From the NCBI GenBank assembly GCA_020725175.1, contig DYFM01000001.1, forward strand, positions 1,504 through 65,503: DNA of 64,000 nucleotides, in the 5' to 3' direction. Within the stretch, counting starts at the first letter, position 1, and each line of letters opens with the position of its first letter. The position numbers and the translations under genes are program-made. This DNA is from Candidatus Paceibacter sp. (lineage in GTDB: Bacteria; Patescibacteriota; Patescibacteriia; Magasanikbacterales; UBA922). Below, piece after piece: positions 9,958 to 18,722 of the stretch. The notes under the pieces were generated by a model. It saw nothing but the letters and a program-made list of their open reading frames with translations. It was not told where the DNA came from and searched no databases.

Positions 9958-10332
9958 ATGAGGGAAAAAGAACAAACAATACATGTTGGATTAGAAAGCA
10001 ATGTAAATGACATGTGGGCTCGAATAAAAAAAACACTAGAAAATAGCGATGAAAGTAAGTTGTATACTGAAACGGTTGATAGTGTATTTATGCAAATTCA
10101 AGCGATAATTATTTACGAACTTGCAAAAAAAAATAATTGTGTGAACGAAACTGAATGCTCTACTGAGTATACCAGAAGTGGCTTATCAGAGAAGTTTCGT
10201 AAACTTTGGACTGAGACAGTTGACTTGGCATATGAAGGAAAATCCCCAAAGGTTGGAGCGTGGGTAGTCTATCTTATTTCTAAACATAGAGAAAATGAAG
10301 CGCTAGAATTTCTTTTGAAACGATTATTGTAA
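9958..10332 (+). CDS. Hypothetical protein
   Basis: 124-aa ORF packed 1 nt from each neighbour; no motif recognised. Confidence 0.65.
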   Translation: MREKEQTIHVGLESNVNDMWARIKKTLENSDESKLYTETVDSVFMQIQAIIIYELAKKNNCVNETECSTEYTRSGLSEKFRKLWTETVDLAYEGKSPKVGAWVVYLISKHRENEALEFLLKRLL

Positions 10333-10333
10333 T

Positions 10334-11119
10334 ATGGAATCAATCATTCTCTCCCGCCGCGACTTTCGAGAATTTGATCAGATTATTTCTCTGTACACCA
10401 AAGAAAAGGGAAAGATGGAGCTACTCGCGCGGGGAGTAAAAAAAGTTATTAGTAAAAACACGGCTCATCTCGAGCCATGTTCATATGTGCAGGCAGACAT
10501 TGTGCCGGGAAAAGAAATTGACCATTTGATTCGCGTACAGCCGATCAATTTTTTTTCTTCAATACGACAACATGTACATGCATCACTGGCGGTTCAGTAT
10601 GGAATGAACCTGTTTGATGCGTTGGTACATGTTCATGAGCCGGACCAACGACTGTTTCACTTGTTAAAATCTTGGCTACGGTATATCGATCAAGCAAAAG
10701 AATATCGAGAACTATTGCTTGATAGCTTTGTGCTCAAATTGTTTTCCCTCCTCGGGGTTCAGCCGATATTGGATCGTTGTGTGGTATGTGAAAAACCGTA
10801 TAGTCACATTGTGAGAGACGAATTGAGTGATGTGCCTGGTGAGAATCGTCTTCATCCAGGTTTTTATGTTTCTGCTGGTGGTATAATTTGTCAAACTTGT
10901 CGCGCGGGGAAAGAAAAAAGTGGGGAAAACATAGTGACAGTGGGAATGAAAGAAGTGGGAGATATGGAGATCCTTCTTCGGGCTGAGTGGGTGGTAATCT
11001 CACGTATGTCTATTGGAGAACGTGATTATGAAAATCTTCATCGTTTGGTGTATCAGTTTGCGGTCTTTCATTCTGAGCGACGAATTGGAGATTGGGCGCG
11101 ACTGATGAAAATATTGTGA
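10334..11119 (+). CDS. recO: DNA repair protein RecO
   Basis: ILSRRDFREFDQIISLYT...GK...ARGVKK; zinc finger CVVC...CQTC. Confidence 0.93.
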   Translation: MESIILSRRDFREFDQIISLYTKEKGKMELLARGVKKVISKNTAHLEPCSYVQADIVPGKEIDHLIRVQPINFFSSIRQHVHASLAVQYGMNLFDALVHVHEPDQRLFHLLKSWLRYIDQAKEYRELLLDSFVLKLFSLLGVQPILDRCVVCEKPYSHIVRDELSDVPGENRLHPGFYVSAGGIICQTCRAGKEKSGENIVTVGMKEVGDMEILLRAEWVVISRMSIGERDYENLHRLVYQFAVFHSERRIGDWARLMKIL

Positions 11120-11212
11120 AATAGTGCGCGTTTGATTCAGCGGAAAGAGCGGAAAAGAAGCGGAATAAAGTGGAGCTGTTTTTATCACGTGTTCTCAATC
11201 TGCTGTTCCAAC

Positions 11213-11267
11213 AAAAAAAGGAAGGGGACAGGTGCTTGCCAACACAAGTCCATCTCAGCACCTTCCC
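11213..11267 (-). terminator. Hairpin plus U tract downstream of the small membrane protein
   Basis: Minus strand gggaaggtgct...agcacctgtcccc-ttcc-ttttttt. Confidence 0.55.
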
Positions 11268-11277
11268 GAGATCTCCT

Positions 11278-11436
11278 TCACAAGATTGCGATCAGCGCAA
11301 ACACAATGAGAAGGAGGGTAAAGAAACCAATGATCATGGCACAGCCGATCCCTAGGATCACTCCCAGGAGCCGGAGAATGAATATGCCAAGAAAAAAACA
11401 AAAAGTCGCAAAAATAAGAATGAGAATAAACTCCAT
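11278..11436 (-). CDS. 52-aa very hydrophobic small membrane protein (below the ORF-track cut-off)
   Basis: Minus strand GGAGG-aaaaa-ATG; MEFILILIFATFCFFLGIFILRLLGVILGIGCAMIIGFFTLLLIVFALIAIL*; followed by a hairpin and T7 tract. Confidence 0.7.
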   Translation of the reverse strand: MEFILILIFATFCFFLGIFILRLLGVILGIGCAMIIGFFTLLLIVFALIAIL

Positions 11437-11521
11437 TTTTTCCTCCGTTTAATGGTTGTTTCTCTCTTTTTTACTATAAATCAGATAAAAAATTCCGTCG
11501 AGTAGGGTATTTTTTCAAATA

Positions 11522-11550
11522 TTGCAGAAATGAGCGAAAAGTGCTAGGAT
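11522..11550 (+). promoter_or_regulatory. Putative sigma70 promoter of asnS
   Basis: TTGCAG-17 nt-TAGGAT with extended TG. Confidence 0.45.
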
Positions 11551-11574
11551 ACTTGAACAATATAACTTATTTCT

Positions 11575-12873
11575 ATGACAAACACACGTATTACCCATAT
11601 TGGTTCACATGTTGATAAGGAGGTAGCAATTTCCGGCTGGCTCTACAACAGCCGTTCTTCCGGATCAATCGCGTTTTTGGAAATTCGCGATGGTTCAGGA
11701 TTTTTGCAAGCGATTGTAAACAAAGCGGATGTTTCCGAGGATGTTTGGAATGATACACAGAAACTCACTCAAGAATCATCGTTGCGGTTGACAGGAATAG
11801 TTTCAAAACACCCAAAAAAGGAAAACGTATTTGAGCTTCAGGTAAAGGATCTGCAGGTATATCAATTTGCGAGTGAATACCCTATAGCTCATAAAGAGCA
11901 TGGTCCGGAATTTTTGATGGACCATCGACACTTGTGGCTCCGCAGTAAACGACAATGGGCAATTCTTCGGATTCGTGACGTGGTGGAGTCGGCGGTCAAT
12001 GAGTATCTGCATCAAGAAGGATTTGTCCGTACCGATTCCCCGGTGTTTACTCCGAATGCGTGTGAAGGAACGACGACATTATTTGCGGTGCCGTACTTTG
12101 ATCTTGGGGAAGCGTACCTGTCACAGTCTGGACAATTGTATATCGAGGCGGCAATTTCTTCGGTTGGGCGGTGTTATGATTTTGGTCCGGTATTTCGAGC
12201 GGAAAAATCAAAAACAAAGCGTCATTTGACCGAGTTTTGGATGATGGATGCGGAGGCGGCGTTTGTAGAACATGAAGAGAATATGCAGATCCAAGAGGGA
12301 CTTATTAAACATATTGTGAAGCGCTGTCTGGAGCAGTGTCAAGAAGAATTTGCAATTCTTGAAAGAAATATTGAGCCCTTGCAAAAGGTGGTTGAGTTGC
12401 CATTTACCAAATTGACCTACGATGAAGCGATCAAAAAATTACATGAAGAAGGGTCTGATATTAAATATGGTGAAGATCTCGGTAATGACGACGAAGGACT
12501 TCTCACCCAACATAGTCCGGTGCCGGTATTTATTCACAAATGGCCAAAATCAATCAAACCTTTTTACGTCAAACGTGATCCGGAAAATGAAGACTTGGCC
12601 TTGAATGTGGATCTGATTGGTATTGAGGGTTCGGGAGAAATTATCGGTGGCGCGCAACGTGAAGATAATATCCAGTATCTGGAGGAACGAATAAAAGAAG
12701 AGGGATTGAATGAAGCTGATTATACTTGGTATTTGGATTTGCGTCGATATGGTTCAGTGCCACACTCCGGATTTGGATTGGGGCTCGAGAGAATGGTGCG
12801 GTGGATGTCTGGAGTGGAACATATTCGGGAATGTATTCCGTTTCCGAGAACTGTGAATCGATTGAAACCGTAG
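11575..12873 (+). CDS. asnS: Asparagine--tRNA ligase
   Basis: OB fold GW...RSSG, RHLWLRS, YLSQSGQLY, FRAEKSKTKRHLTEFW, GEIIGGAQRE, PHSGFGLGLER. Confidence 0.95.
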   Translation: MTNTRITHIGSHVDKEVAISGWLYNSRSSGSIAFLEIRDGSGFLQAIVNKADVSEDVWNDTQKLTQESSLRLTGIVSKHPKKENVFELQVKDLQVYQFASEYPIAHKEHGPEFLMDHRHLWLRSKRQWAILRIRDVVESAVNEYLHQEGFVRTDSPVFTPNACEGTTTLFAVPYFDLGEAYLSQSGQLYIEAAISSVGRCYDFGPVFRAEKSKTKRHLTEFWMMDAEAAFVEHEENMQIQEGLIKHIVKRCLEQCQEEFAILERNIEPLQKVVELPFTKLTYDEAIKKLHEEGSDIKYGEDLGNDDEGLLTQHSPVPVFIHKWPKSIKPFYVKRDPENEDLALNVDLIGIEGSGEIIGGAQREDNIQYLEERIKEEGLNEADYTWYLDLRRYGSVPHSGFGLGLERMVRWMSGVEHIRECIPFPRTVNRLKP

Positions 12874-12919
12874 GAAGGATAATGTAGTGGTTAGTTGTTT
12901 AGTAACTAGTTGTTGTATT

Positions 12920-13369
12920 ATGAAAGAATATTTAACTAGAATTGGCGAAATTGTGGAGGAGATATCTCTTCCGGAACATATTATTGAAAAGTATGAAGAA
13001 ATTCGCCGTGAATACGAAACAATAAAGAGAAGTATTTCTGAATTTCCAATAGAAGATGAGATGAAAAAAGAACTATTAAAACACATTTCTTCGCTTGCAC
13101 CAAATTGGAATTTTGAAAACAGAGATGTAAATGGCCTTTTTGTAGACTTAAGTGAGTTAGGTGCTATTTTAGCTTCAAAGCCATTTGAGATAAGACAGGT
13201 GGTAAAAGCTGATAGTGTTAAGGAATTGGTAAAAGCTTTGAACATGTATAAAAATTCTATAGACAAGCTTCGTAAGGATGTTGTTAGATTTGGAAAAGTA
13301 AAGTACCTAACCTTTTCCGCTTCTCCTGATACTGAATATGGTATTTTACCGGAAAACACCGAAGAGTAA
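12920..13369 (+). CDS. Hypothetical protein
   Basis: AT-rich ORF (ATG 12920) abutting the next gene; no motif recognised. Confidence 0.6.
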   Translation: MKEYLTRIGEIVEEISLPEHIIEKYEEIRREYETIKRSISEFPIEDEMKKELLKHISSLAPNWNFENRDVNGLFVDLSELGAILASKPFEIRQVVKADSVKELVKALNMYKNSIDKLRKDVVRFGKVKYLTFSASPDTEYGILPENTEE

Positions 13370-13371
13370 GT

Positions 13372-14424
13372 ATGAAACGCAAAAAGAGAAAGGTAGTATC
13401 TTCTACCCTCCCCACTGGTTTTTTAGAGAGGCTCGCGATGTTCGTGAGTCCTTCTGTTTTTCGTGAAATGGAAAAACTGTTTGTGGAGCGACCAACGACG
13501 CTTCGGACAAATGGCATTAAAGTAAAAAAACATGAAAGCATGAAAGCAATATTAGGAGAGTTTGGGTTTAAAACGAGGAAAGTTGATTGGTACAAGGATG
13601 CGATGATTTTGGAAAATAGGACGAAACGAGATTTGACCGAAACGAAACCGTATGAAGAGGGAAAGATATATATACAGAGTTTGGCGAGTATGGTACCGCC
13701 ATTGATTCTTGATCCGAAACCAGGCGAAAAAGTGCTGGATCTCACAGCTGCGCCGGGGAGTAAAACATCGCAGATGGCGATGATGATGGAGAAGACCGGT
13801 GAGTTGGTGGCAAATGATAATAATAAAGTGAGGTTTTTTAAATTGAAGCACAATATGGAGTTGTTGGGGGTGGTCGGTGATGCCGACACCCCCCACCACT
13901 CCGGCGGGCAGGCATCCCCAACCTCTCCCCTAAACGGGGAGGGGGGATTGAGTTCTGATTGGAAATTTGTTTTACGGATGGAGCATGGTGCAAAGTTATG
14001 TCGAGAGTATCCGGAATATTTTGATAAGATACTACTTGATGCGCCATGTAGTGCGGAGGCGAGATTTGTGCTTGGTAATCCAAAGACGTTTGGGTATTGG
14101 AGTGAACGAAAAATTAAAGAAATGGCCTATAAACAGCGGCAGTTGCTTTTGGCGGCGTGGGGAGCGCTGAAGCCGGGTGGAGTGCTGGTGTATTCTACTT
14201 GTACCATGGCACCGGAAGAGAATGAGGTACAGATTTCTCGGTTATTGGAACGAAATCCTGATGCAGAAATCGAGAACATTGCAATTCCGGGTTTGAAAGT
14301 CGTCCCACCGGTGTTGACCTGGAAAGAAAAAGCTCTGCATTCTGGTGTAAAGAAAAGTTTGCGGATTATGCCAACGAAGGAAGTGGAGGGATTTTTTGTG
14401 GCAAAAATTCGGAAGAGGAAGTAA
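13372..14424 (+). CDS. RsmB/RsmF (NOL1/NOP2/Sun) RNA m5C methyltransferase with an in-frame repeat insertion
   Basis: IQSLASM, VLDLTAAPGSKT, ILLDAPCS, LVYSTCT, EENE, GFFVAK; extra segment DADTPHHSGGQASPTSPLNGEGG. Confidence 0.92.
   Translation: MKRKKRKVVSSTLPTGFLERLAMFVSPSVFREMEKLFVERPTTLRTNGIKVKKHESMKAILGEFGFKTRKVDWYKDAMILENRTKRDLTETKPYEEGKIYIQSLASMVPPLILDPKPGEKVLDLTAAPGSKTSQMAMMMEKTGELVANDNNKVRFFKLKHNMELLGVVGDADTPHHSGGQASPTSPLNGEGGLSSDWKFVLRMEHGAKLCREYPEYFDKILLDAPCSAEARFVLGNPKTFGYWSERKIKEMAYKQRQLLLAAWGALKPGGVLVYSTCTMAPEENEVQISRLLERNPDAEIENIAIPGLKVVPPVLTWKEKALHSGVKKSLRIMPTKEVEGFFVAKIRKRK
13885..13947. repeat. GC-rich hairpin element inside the methyltransferase CDS
   Basis: ccccaacctctcccc-taaac-ggggaggggg preceded by cccaccactccggcgggcaggc; related to the aspS insert at 16284-16319. 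Confidence 0.75.
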
Positions 14425-14437
14425 GAATGATGTTTAT

Positions 14438-15013
14438 ATGAAAAGGAGGAACAGAAAACGTAATCGAAAAAACGGATTTGATTATGCGGTGGATGGTTTT
14501 TATTTTATTACCATTTGTGTGAAAGATCGGATGTAATGTTTAGGACGTATTCATAACGGTCGCATGTGCGTCAATCGATTTGGAACAATTGTTTGGTGGC
14601 AATGGAAATGGTTGGAACGTCAATATTCGTTTGTGCGATTACATGAATTTATCGTGATGCCGAATCATGTGCATGGGGTGGTGGAAATATGTCGTTCATC
14701 CGTTCGTCCGACCGTTGGAATGATAATCGATGCGACGTCAACCGTAGGGAGAGGTCTAGACCTGTCCCTACGGTTGGACGAACCGGCGGTTGAACAAAAA
14801 CCATTGTCATTGTCCAATATCATCGGCGCATTAAAAACCACATCATCAAAATTGATTCATGAACATGGTTTACCGTCATTTCGTTGGCAACGATCATTTT
14901 ACGATGTTATTATCCGTGATCCGCGTGCATTATATGGTATTCAACAGTATATTCGAGAGAATCCATTAAAATGGTGGCGAGATAGAAATAATGAAGAAGG
15001 TATATTTATCTAA
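14438..15013 (+). pseudogene. IS200/IS605-superfamily Y1 (RAYT-like) transposase with an in-frame TAA at codon 33
   Basis: MKRRNRKRNRKNGFDYAVDGFYFITICVKDRM*CLGRI...; HUH motif VMPNHVHG; WQRSFYDVIIR...YIRENP; TAA at 14534-14536. Confidence 0.85.
14739..14776. repeat. GTAG-footed REP-like palindrome inside the transposase gene
   Basis: caaccGTAGggagaggtc-ta-gacctgtccCTACggttg. Confidence 0.8.
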
Positions 15014-15044
15014 AATAAGCCAAAAATTATCCAAAAACTACATA

Positions 15045-15073
15045 TTGCCAAACAGGACCGTTTTTGATATCAT
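15045..15073 (+). promoter_or_regulatory. Putative sigma70 promoter of aspS
   Basis: TTGCCA-17 nt-TATCAT with extended TG. Confidence 0.5.
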
Positions 15074-15102
15074 AATTGCGTTATTTAACGCAATTTTTTT
15101 GT

Positions 15103-16941
15103 ATGTCGTATAGAACACATACCTGTGGAGAACTCAGGAAAGAGCATGTTGGTCAGGAGGTAACTATTGCCGGATGGGTGCACAAGCGCCGAGATCTGGG
15201 TGGTTTGGTATTTGTCGATTTGCGTGATCGGTACGGGGTGACACAGGTAGTATTTAACCCCGACGAAATGGCCGATTTTTCTTTGGCGGAAGGGTTGAAA
15301 TATGAATATGTACTTTCGGTGGTAGGTGAAGTAGTGGCTCGAGAAGAAAAGACCGTGAATAAAGATTTGGCTACCGGAGCAGTGGAGTTGCGCGCAAAAC
15401 GATTGGAAATTTTGAGCGCGGCAAAAGCCATGCCGTTTGAAATTTTTGAGACAGGCAAAGGCGAAGAGGATGAAGAACTGCGGTTGAAATATAGATTTTT
15501 GGAATTACGTCGTCAAAAATTGAAAGATAATATTTTGTTTCGAGCAAAAATGGTGGCGCACATTCGAAAATATATGGAAGATCGTGGTTTTATCGATATC
15601 GCGACACCGATTTTAACAGTCAGTTCACCGGAAGGCGCGCGTGATTTTTTGGTCCCTAGTCGATTGCATCAAGGAAAATTTTACGCGTTACCACAAGCCC
15701 CACAGCAGTACAAACAACTCTTGATGGTGGCCGGCTTTGATCGATATTATCAAATTGCGCCGTGTCTGCGTGATGAAGATCCACGGGCAGATCGTTCACC
15801 AGGTGAATTTTATCAGTTGGACTGTGAAACCAGTTTTCTTACGCAAGATGAATTTTTCAACTTGATGGAACCGTTGTTTGTCGAGCTAACAGAACAGGTG
15901 GCCGGAAAAAAAGTGCAGCAAAAACCGTTCCCGAGAATTCCGTATAAAGAGGTGATGGAGACGTATGGCATGGATCGTCCGGATTTGCGCTTTGGTTTGA
16001 AAATAAAAGACATAACTGAATTTGCAAAGACCGTTTCATTTTCTATTTTTCAAGACGCTCCGGTTGTTCGGGCACTGGCTATTCCAGGTGGGGCGACGTT
16101 TACCCGCAAAGAAATTGATGAAGAATTTACTGACGTGGCGAAGCGAGCGCATGCCAAGGGTTTGGCGTGGATGAAGTTTGTGGACGGAAAATTTGATGGT
16201 GGCATTACGAAATTTTTTACTCCGGAACAATTACAGACGTTGAAGGTTCAGTTGGAAGAAACACTAGCTGATTCTCGCGTTCGACCCCTCCCCAATGCTC
16301 CTCTAAAAGGGGAGGGAGACGGTGTCTCTCTCGAGGGAAGTATTGTGTTTTTTGGGGCGGACAGTTGGGAAGTGTCGGCAAAGGCATTGGGAGCGGTACG
16401 AGCACTGGCTGGTGAAAAGTTACAACTAGCTGACCCAAATGAAATTGCCTGGGCATGGGTGGTTGATTTTCCATTTTTTGAGTGGAACGAAGATCAACAA
16501 AAAATTGATTTCGCGCACAATCCGTTTTCTATGCCACAAGGTGGTATGGATGCACTCTTAAATAAAAATCCACTGGATATAGTGGCATTTCAATACGATA
16601 TTATTGCCAATGGATTGGAATTGTCTTCCGGGGCAGTGCGAAATAAAGACGCGGAGATTATGTATAAGGCATTTGAAATTGCCGGGTACGGAAAAGAAGT
16701 GGTTGATCAGAAATTTGGTCATATGATTCGGGCATTTGAATTTGGCGCACCACCTCACTGTGGGTTTGCCCCAGGAATTGAACGTCTAGCCATGCTTTTG
16801 ACTGGAGAAAAAAATATCCGTGCCGTGGTACCATTCCCCAAGAATCAACGAGCCGAAGAACCAATGGTGGGAAGTCCGAGTGAAGTGAGTCGGGAGCAGC
16901 TGAAGGAGCTGGGGATTGATATTAAAAAAAATAATACATAG
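15103..16941 (+). CDS. aspS: Aspartate--tRNA ligase with an in-frame repeat insertion in the GAD region
   Basis: YRTHTCGEL, RRDLGGL, PEGARDF, ALPQAPQ, RDEDPRADR, HNPFSMP, GAPPHCGFAPGIER. Confidence 0.97.
   Translation: MSYRTHTCGELRKEHVGQEVTIAGWVHKRRDLGGLVFVDLRDRYGVTQVVFNPDEMADFSLAEGLKYEYVLSVVGEVVAREEKTVNKDLATGAVELRAKRLEILSAAKAMPFEIFETGKGEEDEELRLKYRFLELRRQKLKDNILFRAKMVAHIRKYMEDRGFIDIATPILTVSSPEGARDFLVPSRLHQGKFYALPQAPQQYKQLLMVAGFDRYYQIAPCLRDEDPRADRSPGEFYQLDCETSFLTQDEFFNLMEPLFVELTEQVAGKKVQQKPFPRIPYKEVMETYGMDRPDLRFGLKIKDITEFAKTVSFSIFQDAPVVRALAIPGGATFTRKEIDEEFTDVAKRAHAKGLAWMKFVDGKFDGGITKFFTPEQLQTLKVQLEETLADSRVRPLPNAPLKGEGDGVSLEGSIVFFGADSWEVSAKALGAVRALAGEKLQLADPNEIAWAWVVDFPFFEWNEDQQKIDFAHNPFSMPQGGMDALLNKNPLDIVAFQYDIIANGLELSSGAVRNKDAEIMYKAFEIAGYGKEVVDQKFGHMIRAFEFGAPPHCGFAPGIERLAMLLTGEKNIRAVVPFPKNQRAEEPMVGSPSEVSREQLKELGIDIKKNNT
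16284..16319. repeat. GC-rich hairpin element inside aspS
   Basis: acccctccccaatgctcctc-taaaa-ggggagggaga, encoding RPLPNAPLKGEGD. Confidence 0.75.
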
Positions 16942-16955
16942 AAGGACTGTACTGT

Positions 16956-18722
16956 ATGCACCACCTGTTGTCATTTTCTGACATCCAACATATTTTGAGT
17001 ATAAAACTGTTGTTGGTGGTATTTGTGATAAGCGGATTGTTATTTTTGTACAAAAAATGGCATCCGCTTATTTTTTTACTGCTAACCGGTACGTTGATTG
17101 CTCTTTCGTATAGTATTTTAGTTGACGATCTTGGACTCATGTTTTGGGGGCTTCGGGGCGATGAAGTAACGATTGCTGCCATGTATCAAATGTTTGCGCA
17201 CGGAAGTTTTTTCTCTGACTTTGGATTTCCGGAGTTACCACCATTTTATCCACCATTCTTTTTTTGGCTTTTTGCGATTCCGGGAAAAATATTTCAGTGG
17301 AATGGTGTTATGATGGCCAAAGTTGCCACCGCTACAACCATGTTTATTTTTCCGGCTCTCACGTATGTCATTCAGTCGCGATATTGGAAAACGCATACAT
17401 CAGAATCAAATACACATGAAGTAATGCCAGGAATAATTGCCTGGTTTTTAGCACCGTTTCTTATTTTTTTCTTGACTGATTGGGATGCGTTTATTTTAAA
17501 ACCGTACGAAATATTGGCGGCTATGGGAAGCGTATTGTGGGTGAGTTATTTACTCAATGATTTGCACCGCGGAGTTTGGAGTAAAACACGAGTCGTTGTT
17601 TATGCTTTGACCGGCGGGGTATTATTCATGATGTACTATTTATGGTTGATTTACGGTGCCATGGCCATTGCGTTGTCTGGTCTGTTTGTTCCAAAAAAAG
17701 AGCAAGGCAAGTTTTATCTTCGTCTCATTATTCTCGCGGTACTTACTTTGTTAGTTGCTATTCCGTATCTCGGACCATTGGTACATTCATACGCAGTGCA
17801 TGGAACAGAAAACTGGCCGGTTGCATTTATGAGTTTGCGTGGACTTGATCTGTACGTACAGATGGTGCAGTGGTTTAGTTGGCGAGGGATTGTTCTCCTG
17901 TTTGGGTTCATTGTATTATTGTGGTATCGACACGTTGTGTACATACGTTCACTTCTTCTTTTGTTTATTGTTGGGTACATTTGGCAAATAATGGGTTGGA
18001 CGACTATTTTGTTGTTTGCCGCACCGCTGCAGGAATTTAAGCCATTTGATTTTTATCATTTCACAATTTTGGCATTTGCCGCAGCGTACGGGATAGAACG
18101 TGGATATGTGCTGTTGAAAGAAAGGTATGTTGACAGTAATAAACAATGGCAGATAGTGGTACCGATTGTTGGTTTGGTATTTATAACGCCGTCGATGATA
18201 TTTGGTTCTTTTATTGATGACCCACGAGTGCAAGAACGTCGATTAGCGTCAAAAGAGGTGGGTTTACCGGTACGTGAATTGGTGGAATATCTTCAGACAG
18301 AGAGAGTATTTCCGGGATTAAAAACAGTCCATTCGAGTATCGGACAGGTACATGCGTTTGTCCCAATAAATTCATACATTTATTTCAATCAGCACAATAA
18401 TCATCCGGCAACACGATTTTCAGAAAAATTTGTGTACCTTGATATTGCGTCCAAATCTTCCACTCCGGCTGAACTATATCAAGCTGTTTCGTCCATACCG
18501 GCTGGTCCAATTGATCGGTTTATATTATACAAAAACTATGATAATCCGGATTATGAACTGTATTTTCATGTTGATGACTTTCCAAACGGAGCAAAAGATC
18601 AAGGAATTTATTTTAAAAAAACATTGTTTGCAGAACCGTACTTTACTAAAAAATTGGAAAATCGGGAGTTTGTGGTGTGGGAGAGAAATGTTGATATCGC
18701 AATTTCTGAGATAGATTTATGA
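16956..18722 (+). CDS. GT-C multi-pass glycosyltransferase, AftA (arabinofuranosyltransferase)-like
   Basis: Many TM segments; GLRGDE acidic loop, DFGFPELPPFYPPFFFW and KPYE resemble AftA N-terminal motifs; soluble C-terminal domain. Confidence 0.65.
   Translation: MHHLLSFSDIQHILSIKLLLVVFVISGLLFLYKKWHPLIFLLLTGTLIALSYSILVDDLGLMFWGLRGDEVTIAAMYQMFAHGSFFSDFGFPELPPFYPPFFFWLFAIPGKIFQWNGVMMAKVATATTMFIFPALTYVIQSRYWKTHTSESNTHEVMPGIIAWFLAPFLIFFLTDWDAFILKPYEILAAMGSVLWVSYLLNDLHRGVWSKTRVVVYALTGGVLFMMYYLWLIYGAMAIALSGLFVPKKEQGKFYLRLIILAVLTLLVAIPYLGPLVHSYAVHGTENWPVAFMSLRGLDLYVQMVQWFSWRGIVLLFGFIVLLWYRHVVYIRSLLLLFIVGYIWQIMGWTTILLFAAPLQEFKPFDFYHFTILAFAAAYGIERGYVLLKERYVDSNKQWQIVVPIVGLVFITPSMIFGSFIDDPRVQERRLASKEVGLPVRELVEYLQTERVFPGLKTVHSSIGQVHAFVPINSYIYFNQHNNHPATRFSEKFVYLDIASKSSTPAELYQAVSSIPAGPIDRFILYKNYDNPDYELYFHVDDFPNGAKDQGIYFKKTLFAEPYFTKKLENREFVVWERNVDIAISEIDL

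Noticed and set aside
11010-11452. ORF-track calls 11132-11452(+), 11170-11355(+) and 11010-11261(-)
   Set aside because: Shadow or overlapping frames; the minus-strand 52-aa ORF has the ribosome-binding site and terminator
14534-14536. Stop-codon recoding (alternative genetic code) to explain the in-frame stop
   Set aside because: The codon is TAA, and TAA, TAG and TGA all terminate conserved genes normally in this window
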